Of a stretch of DNA of 64,000 nucleotides, positions 38,620 to 49,017 are shown piece after piece. Where the stretch lies: the NCBI GenBank assembly GCA_042218075.1, contig JBDGRK010000018.1, forward strand, positions 50,224-114,223. Reading direction: 5' to 3'. The position numbers and the translations under genes were made by a program. The notes beneath the pieces are model-generated. The model ran no database searches and was not told where the DNA came from. It worked only from the letters and a program-made list of their open reading frames with translations. Positions within the stretch are counted from its first letter, which is position 1. The number at the start of each line of letters is the position of its first letter. This DNA is from Candidatus Nanohaloarchaea archaeon. GTDB lineage: Archaea > Nanohalarchaeota > Nanosalinia > Nanosalinales > Nanosalinaceae.

Positions 38620-39788
38620 TGGCAGGAATAAGCGGCGAAGTGCTTTTCAACGTTTCAGTGCTTCTTGCATCTTCCTTTCTAGTTGGTGAAGTCTTCGAAA
38701 GGATCGGGCTGGAATCTATAATAGGCTACATTGTAACAGGCCTGATACTGGGTCCTGCGCTGCTGAACGTGATGACTCCTAAATCAGTTGCGGCATTCGG
38801 CTCCATCGGAGCGACATTGATACTTTTCCAGGCAGGACTTAGAGAGGAAAACGCTATCGACATTTTCAGGCACGAGGAAGGACTCGATCTCGGATTGAGC
38901 GTTCTTATAGGATCATTCACGTTCATACTTGCATTCCTCGTATTTTTCGGACCCTCTGTTCTTCCATACACCGAAATACAGGCCTTCGTGCTGATTGCTC
39001 TCTCCTACGCTATCGTGGATATAGGAGTACCATCTAAACTGATGCTTTCCAGAAATATGCTTAGAGATGAAGTCGGTACGTACACGATTAAATCATGCGT
39101 AATAAATGTTACCGCAGGACTGGCAGTTCTGACAGTTATCGCGCTTATGGCATCTGCCGGGGCGAAAGACCTTGTACTGAAAGTCGGCAGCATACTGGGT
39201 TTTACAGCTGTGTTCTTTCTTCTCCACGAATTCATACATCGTCTGGACGACTATATAGTGATGTTCGAAGAGACTGAGGCACAGTTCGCGATAACTTTCG
39301 CGCTACTTCTCTTCATGGCCTACCTGACAGAAGCTATAGGGTTATCTAGCGTACTAGGTGCGTTCTTTGCAGGCATCATAGTTTCAAGAAGCGAATTCTC
39401 CGAATCAAGGGCTTTCAGAGAAAAGATCAGCGCTATAGGAGAGGGACTTTTCATACCGATCTTCTTCGCATGGTTCGGTCTTACACTCAAAATATTTGGT
39501 CCTGCAGGTATGCTGGCAAACCTTGAAGCTGCTGTATTCCTATTTGCTCTCTCAACAGTATCAAAGTTCGGTATTGGCTATTTCATGAGCAGAAGACATG
39601 ATATGGAACCTTTTACGGTAGCTTCATCGCTTCTCAGCCTGGACATCGAATCTCTAGTTGTACTTCTTATCGGAATAGATCTAGGTCTCCTATCAGAACA
39701 GATTTTACAGATATTCGCTCCATCCGTGCTTTTCACTACGACAACGATAGTGGTACTTTTCTCAGTGAAGCAGAGAATGGATCTTTGA
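38619..39788 (+). CDS. Cation:proton antiporter (CPA2)
   Basis: Multi-TM; GYIVTGLILGP, LFQAGL, LGAFFAG, FIPIFF. Confidence 0.9.
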   Translation: MAGISGEVLFNVSVLLASSFLVGEVFERIGLESIIGYIVTGLILGPALLNVMTPKSVAAFGSIGATLILFQAGLREENAIDIFRHEEGLDLGLSVLIGSFTFILAFLVFFGPSVLPYTEIQAFVLIALSYAIVDIGVPSKLMLSRNMLRDEVGTYTIKSCVINVTAGLAVLTVIALMASAGAKDLVLKVGSILGFTAVFFLLHEFIHRLDDYIVMFEETEAQFAITFALLLFMAYLTEAIGLSSVLGAFFAGIIVSRSEFSESRAFREKISAIGEGLFIPIFFAWFGLTLKIFGPAGMLANLEAAVFLFALSTVSKFGIGYFMSRRHDMEPFTVASSLLSLDIESLVVLLIGIDLGLLSEQILQIFAPSVLFTTTTIVVLFSVKQRMDL

Positions 39789-39831
39789 ACACTGTTTATA
39801 AATTTCGGAGTGAGAACCTTAATCATCTCTC

Positions 39832-39973
39832 AGCCCCCTGGTGTAGCGGTCAAACCGTTTCACGGTTTTCCCACCGACCAACTCTATCGAGTAAGTCGGA
39901 GGGTCAAAGCCCGCGGGACAATTCATGAGAGGCCCTGGCCCTCTCGACGCAGGTTCGAATCCTGCGGGGGCTA
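39832..39973 (+). tRNA. tRNA-Gln(CUG) with 69-nt D-loop intron (39854-39922)
   Basis: AGCCCCC/GGGGGCT; relaxed BHB GGTC-AAA..GACA-ATT; anticodon arm GAGAGG-CCCTGGC-CCTCTC. Confidence 0.85.
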
Positions 39974-40023
39974 ACTCTACTCTTTTTTAAGAATTCGATC
40001 CTTTTTTAGACGTGTAAGGCGTC

Positions 40024-40148
40024 AGCCCCCTGGTGTAGCGGTCAAAGTCGAAAATGTAATTTCTCGACATTTATTTAATGTCGAGGACGGCGATCATACA
40101 TAGTGGCCTTTGGAGCCGCTGACCCAGGTTCGAATCCTGGGGGGGCTA
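40024..40148 (+). tRNA. tRNA-Gln(UUG) with 52-nt D-loop intron (40046-40097)
   Basis: BHB GGTC-AAA-GTCG..CGGC-GATC-ATA; anticodon TTG. Confidence 0.88.
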
Positions 40149-40150
40149 TT

Positions 40151-40432
40151 ATGACGGAAGTCAGAGCATCACACATACTTGTTGAAAACGAGGAACACGC
40201 AAAACAGATCAAGCTCGAGCTGGAGAGAAGTGACAAGACTTTCTCAGACCTGGCGGAAGAGAAGTCCGAAGGTCCTTCAGCGGATAACGGCGGAGACCTC
40301 GGATGGTTCGGCAGAGGAGATATGGTGAAGCCGTTCGAGAAAAAAGCTTTCGAACTGGATGAGGGCGAGGTCAGTGATCCTGTGGAGACCAGGTTCGGAT
40401 GGCACCTGATCAAGAAAGAAGACGAAAAATAG
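40151..40432 (+). CDS. Parvulin-type peptidyl-prolyl isomerase
   Basis: ASHILV, GGDLGWF, FGWHLI. Confidence 0.93.
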   Translation: MTEVRASHILVENEEHAKQIKLELERSDKTFSDLAEEKSEGPSADNGGDLGWFGRGDMVKPFEKKAFELDEGEVSDPVETRFGWHLIKKEDEK

Positions 40433-40495
40433 AGCCAGAAGCATCTTCTCACCTTTATAAAATTTAATCGAACTCTGGTTGGATACGGGTATAAA

Positions 40496-40987
40496 ATGGC
40501 CGAGACAGAGCAGATAATAAGGATTGCGAGAACCGGGGTGGATGGAACCCAGCCTATCTCCAAGGCTCTCACGGGATTGAAGGGGGTTGGAGATATGTAC
40601 GCCAACGCAGTTGCGAAGGAACTGGAGGTAGACAAGGATAAAACTCTCGGCGACCTTGAAGAGGACAGGATCGATGAGATCGAGGAGATAGTCAAGAACC
40701 CTGACATGATCGATCTCCCGGAATGGCTGAGGAACAGGAGAAAGGATCGCGATACTGGAGAAGACCAGCATCTGATAGAATCGGATCTTGAACTACAGGA
40801 AGAATTCGATATCAGGAGACTGAAAGAGATTGAATCCTACAAGGGATGGAGGCACGAGATTGGCCTGCCTGTTAGAGGTCAAAAGACAAAATCCTCATTC
40901 AGGTCGGGCGCCAAGATAGGAGTATCCAGGGCGAGACTCCGTGAGGAAGCCGCGGAGGATACGGGAGAGGATGAAACTGAAGAATGA
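40496..40987 (+). CDS. rps13: 30S ribosomal protein S13 (uS13)
   Basis: ALTGLKGVG, GLPVRGQKT. Confidence 0.96.
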   Translation: MAETEQIIRIARTGVDGTQPISKALTGLKGVGDMYANAVAKELEVDKDKTLGDLEEDRIDEIEEIVKNPDMIDLPEWLRNRRKDRDTGEDQHLIESDLELQEEFDIRRLKEIESYKGWRHEIGLPVRGQKTKSSFRSGAKIGVSRARLREEAAEDTGEDETEE

Positions 40988-41008
40988 TTTTAAACAAAGG
41001 TGATCTTG

Positions 41009-41596
41009 ATGGTTAAGAAGCTGAAGCAGCAGTTCGAAACCCCGAATGAGGCATGGAGCGAGGACAGGATGCAGAGAGAGGAGGAACTGATAGAGGAATT
41101 CGGGCTGAAAAACAAGGAAGAAGTCTACAAGGCTGAGAGCACCCTCAGAGGGCTCAGGAGAGAGGCCAGGAAACTGGTGGCGGAAGAGGACGAGTCTCAG
41201 AAAGAAGCCCTGATCAACAAAGCCCACGAGACGGGACTTGTGAGGGAAGACGCAGAACTCGAGGATATCCTGACCCTGAACACGACCGACATACTTGAAA
41301 GAAGGCTCCAGACAGTTGTCAACAGGAGAGGTTACTCGGACACTGTTAGGCAGGCGAGACAGATGGTAACGCACGGACACGTCTACATTGATGGAGAGAG
41401 AGTAACGATTCCCGGCTACCTTCTGACGCAGGAGGAGGAAAAACAGATCGGGGTTAGAATGCCGGAGCCGGACGAAGAGGCCTCCGGAACTGAAAGCGAG
41501 GAAGAAAATGAAGAAGGGAATGAGGAGATTGAGGAAACAGAAGAAGGAGAAGAATCCGAAACTCAGGAGAACGATGAAGAAGGTGAACAAGAATGA
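41009..41596 (+). CDS. rps4: 30S ribosomal protein S4 (uS4)
   Basis: [25 protein letters not shown]. Confidence 0.96.
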   Translation: MVKKLKQQFETPNEAWSEDRMQREEELIEEFGLKNKEEVYKAESTLRGLRREARKLVAEEDESQKEALINKAHETGLVREDAELEDILTLNTTDILERRLQTVVNRRGYSDTVRQARQMVTHGHVYIDGERVTIPGYLLTQEEEKQIGVRMPEPDEEASGTESEEENEEGNEEIEETEEGEESETQENDEEGEQE

Positions 41597-41973
41597 AAAA
41601 GGGTATCGTGAATATCTACTCCAGCTTTAACAACACAATAATTCACATAACCGATGCCACGGGAGCAGAGACCATCTCCAGGATTTCTGCAGGTATGGTA
41701 ACCGACAAGGGAAGGCTACAGGGTTCTCCGTTCCCGGCGATGAAGGCGGCGAAGAAGGCTGTGGATGAAGCCCAGGAAAAAGGTATTGAGAAGGTAGATA
41801 TTCAGGTAAGGGCTCCAGGAGGACAGGGGCAGAAGATGCCGGGAAAAGGAGCTCAGCCCGCTATCAGGGCGATCTCAAGATCAGACCTGGAGGTCGGAAA
41901 TATTGAAGACGTCACTCCCGTACCGCACGACGGTTGCAGGGAGAAAGGAGGAAAGAGAGGTAGAAGAGTATGA
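41593..41973 (+). CDS. rps11: 30S ribosomal protein S11 (uS11)
   Basis: [22 protein letters not shown]. Confidence 0.96.
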   Translation: MKKGIVNIYSSFNNTIIHITDATGAETISRISAGMVTDKGRLQGSPFPAMKAAKKAVDEAQEKGIEKVDIQVRAPGGQGQKMPGKGAQPAIRAISRSDLEVGNIEDVTPVPHDGCREKGGKRGRRV

Positions 41974-42542
41974 AGCTTGAAACTGTAGAAGAAAGGGAAG
42001 ATGTTCTGAAGCTCAAAATTGAAGGTATCAATGAAGTCATTTCAAACTCTCTCAGGAGGGCGATGATGACAAAGGTACCGACACTGGCTGTAAAGAATCT
42101 CGAGATCAGGAAGAACGAGTCCGCGCTGTTCGACGAAGTGCTCGCAAACAGGATAGGTCAGGTTCCACTGAGTGTGCCTGATAACGTGGATAAAGAAGAT
42201 ACAGTTCACGTTGCACTGAAGCAGGAAGGTCCGGGAGAAGTTCTAGCGGAAGACCTCCAGATGGATAATGAGGAAGCAGAGCCTGTCAACCCGGAAGCGA
42301 TACTTGTTACCCTGAAAGAAGATCAGGAAGTTGACCTGGAGGCTGAAGCAGTTCTTGATAGAGGAGAGACTCACGCAAAGCATCAGGGAGGAACGATAGG
42401 GTACGAAAAAGCAGATGAAGGAGAGTTCGTCTTCAGGATAGAGTCGACATCCGGCTACGGGAACGAGGAGCTCCTGGAGGAAGCAGTTGAGCAGATAAAG
42501 ATGGAGCTTGACGAGTTTGAGGAAGCGGTCGAGGACTTATAG
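41970..42542 (+). CDS. rpoD: RNA polymerase subunit D (Rpo3), short form with no Fe-S Cys cluster
   Basis: [25 protein letters not shown]. Confidence 0.92.
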   Translation: MKLETVEEREDVLKLKIEGINEVISNSLRRAMMTKVPTLAVKNLEIRKNESALFDEVLANRIGQVPLSVPDNVDKEDTVHVALKQEGPGEVLAEDLQMDNEEAEPVNPEAILVTLKEDQEVDLEAEAVLDRGETHAKHQGGTIGYEKADEGEFVFRIESTSGYGNEELLEEAVEQIKMELDEFEEAVEDL

Positions 42543-42590
42543 AACACGTTTCTACTTTAAACAGATTTCTACAATTCTATCTTAACTTAT

Positions 42591-42673
<83 letters not shown>

Positions 42674-42931
42674 ATATATTTTCTCAATCGGTCAAATCTC
42701 TGATCCAATAAGCGGAAAAGATAGGCCCGACCAGAAAATCTGACAGATCAGCGTATTGGCGAAAATATCGGATGAAGAGTGATATCGAATTCGAGAGGAA
42801 GTCATCTGGAACGAAAACTTGAGTAAGAGTGTAATCTGTTCTTGAAAGTAAAAGTAGCTCCCCCTTTATAAAATTCAGCTTAATTCTTTACTATACGCCA
42901 TCAGTGGCGAGAGCCGCGAGGTAGATTAATT

Positions 42932-43282
42932 ATGGACGCTAAAGCAGACCCTACCAATCCGGTACTACTGGAAACTATCGAGCAACTTCAGGAAAAGGAT
43001 GCAGGGATATGGAACCAAGTAGCTGAAAATCTTGGAAAGGTAAACAGGAGAAGACCTGAAGTGAATATTTCTGATATTGAGAGAAATTCGGAAGAAGGGG
43101 ATACGGTCGTGGTTCCGGGAAAGGTGTTGGGAGCAGGAAGACTGACCAAGGAAGTTAAAGTTGCGGCTTTCAAGGCCTCTGGATCTGCAAAACAGCATAT
43201 AGATGAGAAGGGGGAATTCATGTTGATCGAGGAACTTGTCGAGGAAAACCCGGAGGGAAGCGAGGTGAAGCTAATCAAATGA
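42932..43282 (+). CDS. rpl18e: 50S ribosomal protein L18e
   Basis: TNP, VVVPGKVLGAG. Confidence 0.94.
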   Translation: MDAKADPTNPVLLETIEQLQEKDAGIWNQVAENLGKVNRRRPEVNISDIERNSEEGDTVVVPGKVLGAGRLTKEVKVAAFKASGSAKQHIDEKGEFMLIEELVEENPEGSEVKLIK

Positions 43283-43331
43283 TGAAAATCGGATATTCTG
43301 GTGAAGCAGAAAGTAACAGAGGTGTTTTAGA

Positions 43332-43739
43332 ATGACGGTTCTCGACGCAGGGAACAAGATAGTTGGAAGACTTGCCACGGAAGTGGCCAGAAGAGTGAAA
43401 GAAGGAGAGCAGATAGATATAGTCAACTCGGAGAAAGCGGTGATTTCGGGCGAACGGGAAGAAGTGGTCGCCGACTACAGGCAGAAGTACGAGAGAGGAT
43501 CGAAGTACACCGGACCCCATTACCCGAAAAGGCCCGACAGAATACTGAAGAGGATTGTAAAAGGAATGCTTCCGGACGACCAGGAGTTAAAATCAAATGT
43601 AAAGACTTACCTCGGGAATCCTGAAGGAGAGGCTGAAAATCCTGGAACGAAAGAGGGCAGTGATCTCAGGACCAAGAACTATGTAAAACTTGGCGAAGTT
43701 TCCAAATCATTGGGCTGGAGCCCGGAGATCGAGGTGTAA
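43332..43739 (+). CDS. rpl13: 50S ribosomal protein L13 (uL13)
   Basis: VGRLATEVA, GPHYPKRPD, VKGMLP. Confidence 0.95.
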   Translation: MTVLDAGNKIVGRLATEVARRVKEGEQIDIVNSEKAVISGEREEVVADYRQKYERGSKYTGPHYPKRPDRILKRIVKGMLPDDQELKSNVKTYLGNPEGEAENPGTKEGSDLRTKNYVKLGEVSKSLGWSPEIEV

Positions 43740-43742
43740 AAC

Positions 43743-44144
43743 ATGGCTACACACAGGGAAGGAAAGAGAAAGACGGCGAAGGCAAGAGCAACGGTCAGAG
43801 AGGGAGAGGGAACGCTGAGGATAAATTCACGACCTCTGAACACGTGGCAGGAGACAGCCGCGAAGAGGATTAAAGAACCTCTGGTGATCGCGGGAGAAGA
43901 TATAATCGGAGACCTCGAGATCGAGGTCAATACTGAAGGCGGAGGTATCCAGGGACAGGCAGAGGCAATAAGGATGGCGATTGCCAGAGCGCTTGTAGAC
44001 CATACTGGAAGCGACGATCTAGAGAGAGATTTCCGCGACTACGACAGGAGCATGATGGTTGAAGACCCAAGGAGAACTGAGACAAGAAAACCCTCACAGT
44101 CTAGCAAGGGAGCTAGACACAAACAGCAGAAATCCTACCGTTAG
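43743..44144 (+). CDS. rps9: 30S ribosomal protein S9 (uS9)
   Basis: GKRKTAKARA, GGGIQGQAEA, QKSYR. Confidence 0.96.
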   Translation: MATHREGKRKTAKARATVREGEGTLRINSRPLNTWQETAAKRIKEPLVIAGEDIIGDLEIEVNTEGGGIQGQAEAIRMAIARALVDHTGSDDLERDFRDYDRSMMVEDPRRTETRKPSQSSKGARHKQQKSYR

Positions 44145-44158
44145 GAGGTATTCAAATA

Positions 44159-44356
44159 ATGCAAGTACCAGTCAGATGTATGTCTTGTGGAAAAGTCATC
44201 AGCGATAAATGGAACGAGTTCAACGAAAGAGTTGAAAATGGAGAGGAGAAGGGAGAAGTTCTCGACGATCTCGGGCTCGAAAAGTACTGCTGCAGGACAA
44301 TCTTCCTGACCCACGTCGATACAGTGGAAGAAGTCGCAGAGCACGAGATTACCTGA
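44159..44356 (+). CDS. rpoN: RNA polymerase subunit N (Rpo10)
   Basis: PVRCMSCGK, YCCR. Confidence 0.96.
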   Translation: MQVPVRCMSCGKVISDKWNEFNERVENGEEKGEVLDDLGLEKYCCRTIFLTHVDTVEEVAEHEIT

Positions 44357-44359
44357 TTA

Positions 44360-44737
44360 TTAGTTCAGGTTTCTCAGAGCAGGAAGTATCAACTCGATGT
44401 TAGGAGCTAACTCAATACTATCAAGTTCATCAGGACTTAACCATTCCATTCTCTCAAACTTATCCTCCTGCAGTTGGGGTTCACCTTCTATAATTTGAGC
44501 GAGGTATCCGTTCCAGAGAAATATATCTCCGTCATGCTGGAACTCGCCCGTGTAAAAGGGCTTCTCCAGCTCTACTTCGACCCCTATCTCCTCTTTGGCT
44601 TCCCTCCTTGCGGCCTCTGTAGGAGATTCATCTTCCTCCACCTTCCCACCGGGCACTTCCCAGTGCCCCTCATCTTTACTGTAGAGAAGCAGTATTTTCC
44701 CGTCCTCAACTATCAGGTTTCCGGCGAGTTCTATCAT
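44360..44737 (-). CDS. NUDIX hydrolase
   Basis: PGGKVEEDESPTEAARREAKEEIG. Confidence 0.92.
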   Translation of the reverse strand: MIELAGNLIVEDGKILLLYSKDEGHWEVPGGKVEEDESPTEAARREAKEEIGVEVELEKPFYTGEFQHDGDIFLWNGYLAQIIEGEPQLQEDKFERMEWLSPDELDSIELAPNIELILPALRNLN

Positions 44738-44773
44738 AAAATATCTTAAGATCTGAAGCCTTTTAGCTTAAAG

Positions 44774-45571
44774 CTAGAGGAACACGAAAAGGGGCAACAT
44801 AATTCCGAGTCCCGCCAAAATGCCTAAGGTGAATGCCTTTCTCCAGTCATCTAGCTCCTCACCCTGCTCCCTTGCCTCCTCTATGAATTCCGTAATAACT
44901 AGATAGATCATTGCTCCCGCCGCAAAGCCGAAGCCTATAGGCATGAACTGCTTCGCCTGGCGAACAAAGATGAAGGCTATCACCGCTCCTATAGGCTGGG
45001 GAACACTCGAGAATATCGTGGCTCCCAGCATCTTCCACCTGTTCATTCCCATCGCCCGGAAAGGAATCGATATGGCGATTCCCTCCGGTATGTTGTGGAT
45101 GGAGATAGCGACTGTCATCAGTATGGCGAGCGGAGGTATCACGAATCCAAGCAATGGAACTCCTCCCTCGAAGCCAAGCTCCGCAAATGCAACACCTATC
45201 GCAACTCCCTCCGGGAACGAATGAACTGTAAGGACGCCGAGGATCAATACCATCTTCCGGAAGGTGGCTTGCTCGAAAGTTCCAGGATCCAGCTCGTGCT
45301 CGTCAAGGAGTCGTGAAGCACCTTCGACAAGGACAACCCCTACGAGAAGACCGATCGAAACCTCCAGAATAGTTCCCGACGCCAGACCCTCGGGAATCAA
45401 TCCGAATACCGAGGCGAAAAACATGATACCTGAGGCTAGACCCCACAGAGCGACGAGCCAGCTGTCGCTGAAGTCTTGCTTGAAGAAGAAAGGTAAAGCT
45501 CCTATCCCGGTCGCAAGATCGGTAATCAGCCCAGCTACAAGTACCAGCAGAAGGTTTTCGAGTAGAGCCAT
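44774..45571 (-). CDS. ZIP-family metal transporter
   Basis: HSFPEG and HNIPEG. Confidence 0.92.
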   Translation of the reverse strand: MALLENLLLVLVAGLITDLATGIGALPFFFKQDFSDSWLVALWGLASGIMFFASVFGLIPEGLASGTILEVSIGLLVGVVLVEGASRLLDEHELDPGTFEQATFRKMVLILGVLTVHSFPEGVAIGVAFAELGFEGGVPLLGFVIPPLAILMTVAISIHNIPEGIAISIPFRAMGMNRWKMLGATIFSSVPQPIGAVIAFIFVRQAKQFMPIGFGFAAGAMIYLVITEFIEEAREQGEELDDWRKAFTLGILAGLGIMLPLFVFL

Positions 45572-45593
45572 ACCAGGAAATACTCTGCTAGGC

Positions 45594-45998
45594 TTAAGTC
45601 ATCTGCGATCCGATCCTCTCCGCTATTTCATCTCCATCCTCAAGCTCCGATCTATCGTAATCTATCTCAAGCTCGTCGCCAGTGTACCTTGGAGTCACAT
45701 GGAAATGGAGATGTTTCACCTCCTGTCCCGCTACTTCACCATTATTCTGATCTACATTGATTCCTCCAGGTTCAAAAGCATCCCTCACAGCATTTGCAGT
45801 TTTAACAACTGCATTCCACATAAAATCCATTTCTCCCGCATCATGGATCGTCTCAACATGTTTCTTCGGCACTACAAGCGTATGGCCCCTGGAAACAGGC
45901 TCTGCGTCCAGGAAAGCTATCCATTCACCAGTCTCATGCACCGTGTGGGATGGGATTTCCCCTTCTAAAATGCGGCAGAAAACGCATTCCTTATCCAT
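45594..45998 (-). CDS. HIT-family hydrolase
   Basis: CVFC, GHTLVVPK, HLHFH. Confidence 0.92.
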   Translation of the reverse strand: MDKECVFCRILEGEIPSHTVHETGEWIAFLDAEPVSRGHTLVVPKKHVETIHDAGEMDFMWNAVVKTANAVRDAFEPGGINVDQNNGEVAGQEVKHLHFHVTPRYTGDELEIDYDRSELEDGDEIAERIGSQMT

Positions 45999-46192
45999 AA
46001 TTTTAAATTTACGCCAACTCTTTAACTTATTTCCAAAATTTGTGAAAACGAGCGGATGATTTCAATCCCCTGAAGGAAGAAATCAAGAAAATTGACTCTA
46101 AAGCCGTGAAGCAAATTGACAACAATTTATGGGGGTCAGGTAAAGTCCACCCTTAAAAGTCTTGGCTGGACAGATTTTTCTACATAACCTGC

Positions 46193-46330
46193 GCGGCTGT
46201 GGTGTAGTCCGGTCAATCATCTCGGCCTTTCGATCCCTCAAGTCCTCTCGGGGACGAGGACAAAGAAGCGCACTTTCGTGTGCTTCGATAAAGAAAGCCG
46301 ATCACCCGGGTTCAAATCCCGGCAGCCGCA
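46193..46330 (+). tRNA. tRNA-Glu(UUC) with 63-nt intron at 37/38 (46233-46295)
   Basis: GCGGCTG/CAGCCGC; TCGGC-CTTTCG|A-GCCGA; BHB helix CTTT/AAAG. Confidence 0.9.
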
Positions 46331-46371
46331 CTTCCGGATTTTTATTAATGTTGATACCGCGTTTTGAATTC

Positions 46372-46800
46372 ATGGAAGAATTTGACTGGCTTTCCCTCGA
46401 TGAAGATGAAGAATTTTTATGGTCAGGCAATCCCAAAATCCAGAGGATTATCGGCTTTGAGATAACTGATTATGTGGTAACCAACCAGGGAATATACCGG
46501 AAGTCGGGAATCTTCTCTAGAAGTGTAAAGAAGATAGGTTTCGAGAAGGTGCAGAACATATCATTCTCGCAGGGAATACTGGGTAAAGCGTTCGGCTATG
46601 GAACGATCAATATATCCACGGCAGGAAGCTCAGGTACAGAAATGAGGTTTGCCAGCGTCGAGGATCCGAAAAAAGTCCAGGAGATGATCAATAAGCGGAT
46701 TAAGGATCAGAAAGATGATGAAGGCGAAGGAGATTCACAGAGAGAAATCTTGGAACAGATTCTTGAACAGCTGGAGCAGATCAACCAGAAGCTGGACTAA
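46372..46800 (+). CDS. Bacterial PH-domain (bPH_2) protein
   Basis: YVVTNQ..SGIFSR..VQNI...FGYGTINISTAG. Confidence 0.8.
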   Translation: MEEFDWLSLDEDEEFLWSGNPKIQRIIGFEITDYVVTNQGIYRKSGIFSRSVKKIGFEKVQNISFSQGILGKAFGYGTINISTAGSSGTEMRFASVEDPKKVQEMINKRIKDQKDDEGEGDSQREILEQILEQLEQINQKLD

Positions 46801-47501
46801 TCACCCTTATAACTGCCCTGCTGCCTCCTGAAATCTTCTTCATCCATCTCCTCTCTCACATGTGCAACCAGTCCAGGCGTCCTGGCTATTATGAAGAGCC
46901 CTTTGCCCAACCTGTGATCCCATCCCAGATCGCTCATGATTCCGGCTATGGCTCCGTCAACGTTCAATACTAGCGGAACCTTCTTCTCCGCAAATACTTT
47001 CTGGATCTCCAGCATTTTTTCCGTGTAGCCTGCTTTAATATCGAGTTCTTCCGCCTTCTCCAGCATTTTTTGGCTCCTAGGGTCTTCTTCATCGTAAATC
47101 TTGTGGCCGAGTCCGGGAATCTTTTTTCCGGCCTCAAGACGTTTTTCAACTATCTTTTTCGCTTCTTCTTCTTCATTCTGGAGCATTTCCATGCATGCTT
47201 TTATGGCTCCCCCGTGCAGGTCTCCAAGAGCCAGAACCCCTCCAGCTACGGCAGTGTTCATCTCATTACCGCCGCTCTGGACCGTTTTCGCGGCGACAGT
47301 CGAAGGATTCCCCACTCCATGATCTATCGAAGACGACAGAATACAGTTAAACATATCGGATTCACCTTCGGTCGGCTTTTCTCCGGACAACAGAAGCCAG
47401 ATCGCGTCTGAGAAATCCATATCCATAACTTCCTCCAGCTTCTCTCCACGTATGACAGCTCCTTCACCATAGCTTGAAATCTCAGTCTCCCATTCACTCA
47501 T
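46797..47501 (-). CDS. Citryl-CoA lyase (citrate synthase-like)
   Basis: IDHG, HGGA, IPGLGH, DPR, NVDG. Confidence 0.88.
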   Translation of the reverse strand: MSEWETEISSYGEGAVIRGEKLEEVMDMDFSDAIWLLLSGEKPTEGESDMFNCILSSSIDHGVGNPSTVAAKTVQSGGNEMNTAVAGGVLALGDLHGGAIKACMEMLQNEEEEAKKIVEKRLEAGKKIPGLGHKIYDEEDPRSQKMLEKAEELDIKAGYTEKMLEIQKVFAEKKVPLVLNVDGAIAGIMSDLGWDHRLGKGLFIIARTPGLVAHVREEMDEEDFRRQQGSYKGD

Positions 47502-48388
47502 AGTATCTCCTCCAGCTTATCTCCAATCCCGTGATGCACATCTACCACATGTGCACCTGCGTCTCTCAGCTTTTTCTGTTTTCCGCTTGGCGTGCCTCTT
47601 TCACCCCTGATTATGGCTCCTGCGTGACCGTACTTCTTCGAAGGCATCCTCTCCGTAAACTTCCCGGCTATGAATGAAACCAGGGGTTTGGAAAACTCGC
47701 CTGATTCCACCATCTCGGCGGCTTTCTCCTCGTAGGTTCCGCCCAGTTCACCGTACATCACGACAGCTTCGGTTTCATCATCCTCCTCAAACATCTCCAG
47801 AACGTCAGCAAAGCTGCTTCCGGCTATAACGTCGCCTCCTATATCAACAGCTGTTGAGACCCCGAAACCTGCCTGCCTCACAACCCAGGCAGTCTCAGTC
47901 GTCATACCGCCCGATTTGGAAACTATACCAACTTTTCCCCTTGAATATACTTCCTCAGGATCGCTTCCACCTATCGGGCCAAGCTTGCATTCTCCCGGAG
48001 TAATTATACCCACGGATGTAGGTCCGATAACAGTCACATTGTTCTCAACTGCTTTCTCCCTTATCTTCCAGCCGTCTTTAGCCGGAATCCTTTCAGTAAC
48101 TATATTTACCAGCTCAATACCGTTTTCTATTGCCTCGAAGACTGCATCCTTTGCCGCAAACGGAGGAACGTAGATCAGAGAGGTGTTTATCCCCGGGTGT
48201 CGCTCTCTAGCCTCGTTCACTGTATCGTAGACCGGTACTCTTTCCACTTCCTGTCCTCCCTTTCCTGGTGTGACTCCCGCCACCACTTCCGTACCGTATT
48301 TGATCATTTCCGGCACTTTCTCCGATGCCTCTCTACCGGTTATTCCCTGCACAAGAACACTGGAATCTTCACCCACCAGTATGCTCAT
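47498..48388 (-). CDS. Citryl-CoA synthetase/ATP-citrate lyase CoA-binding subunit (SCS-alpha-like)
   Basis: VQGITG, SKSGG, GHAGA phospho-His. Confidence 0.88.
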   Translation of the reverse strand: MSILVGEDSSVLVQGITGREASEKVPEMIKYGTEVVAGVTPGKGGQEVERVPVYDTVNEARERHPGINTSLIYVPPFAAKDAVFEAIENGIELVNIVTERIPAKDGWKIREKAVENNVTVIGPTSVGIITPGECKLGPIGGSDPEEVYSRGKVGIVSKSGGMTTETAWVVRQAGFGVSTAVDIGGDVIAGSSFADVLEMFEEDDETEAVVMYGELGGTYEEKAAEMVESGEFSKPLVSFIAGKFTERMPSKKYGHAGAIIRGERGTPSGKQKKLRDAGAHVVDVHHGIGDKLEEIL

Positions 48389-49017
48389 CTGACCGCCCTC
48401 CTGACCGAGTCCAGGTCAAGTCTATCGATTTTGGCGTGATGGCCGGAATCCTGTCCGAAACTGTGGTACCGGTCCACGAATACAAAATCTATACCGACTT
48501 TCTCACATGCCGGATCCCTGTTAAGATTGTTTCCAAAGTAGACGAACCTTTCCGCTGGCTCCTCCCTCCTTCTCAGAAACTCCTTGAATATCTCGGGATC
48601 CGGCTTCTCGGCTCCAACCTCCTCCGAAACCACCAATCCTTCGAAAGGCACCTTTTGGGCTTTCAGCTGCTGCTCAAGCCACTCCCTTCCCTCGATGGTG
48701 TTGTCGCTGATTATCGCTGTCTTGCCGAACTCTGCTGAGCATTTTTTCAGCAGTTCGAAGACAGCATTCTGCTCCATGAATTTACGCTCTCGCTCTTTGT
48801 ACTTCTCTATTAATCTCAGTGGATCCGCGTGTTCAAGCCCGTTCAGCTCCAGGTACTCTTTCACCTCACTGGGAGTGTAGATCCTGAAATTGTTGACATC
48901 GAACTCCGGAACCTCCTCGCCGTGCTCATCAAACTCGTCCTTCATCAGCTGGTTCTGGAGCCTGAAGCACGGCACCAGAGTATCGCCAAAGTCGAATATC
49001 GGTATCTTATTTGCCAT
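48385..49017 (-). CDS. HAD-superfamily hydrolase
   Basis: FDFGDTL, EKPDPEIF, GNN...D. Confidence 0.85.
   Translation of the reverse strand: MANKIPIFDFGDTLVPCFRLQNQLMKDEFDEHGEEVPEFDVNNFRIYTPSEVKEYLELNGLEHADPLRLIEKYKERERKFMEQNAVFELLKKCSAEFGKTAIISDNTIEGREWLEQQLKAQKVPFEGLVVSEEVGAEKPDPEIFKEFLRRREEPAERFVYFGNNLNRDPACEKVGIDFVFVDRYHSFGQDSGHHAKIDRLDLDSVRRAVR

Noticed and set aside
46162-46371. N-terminal ORF extension here (likewise 40103-40150 and 62809-62991)
   Set aside because: These overlap tRNA genes or gdhA; downstream ATGs give coherent proteins.
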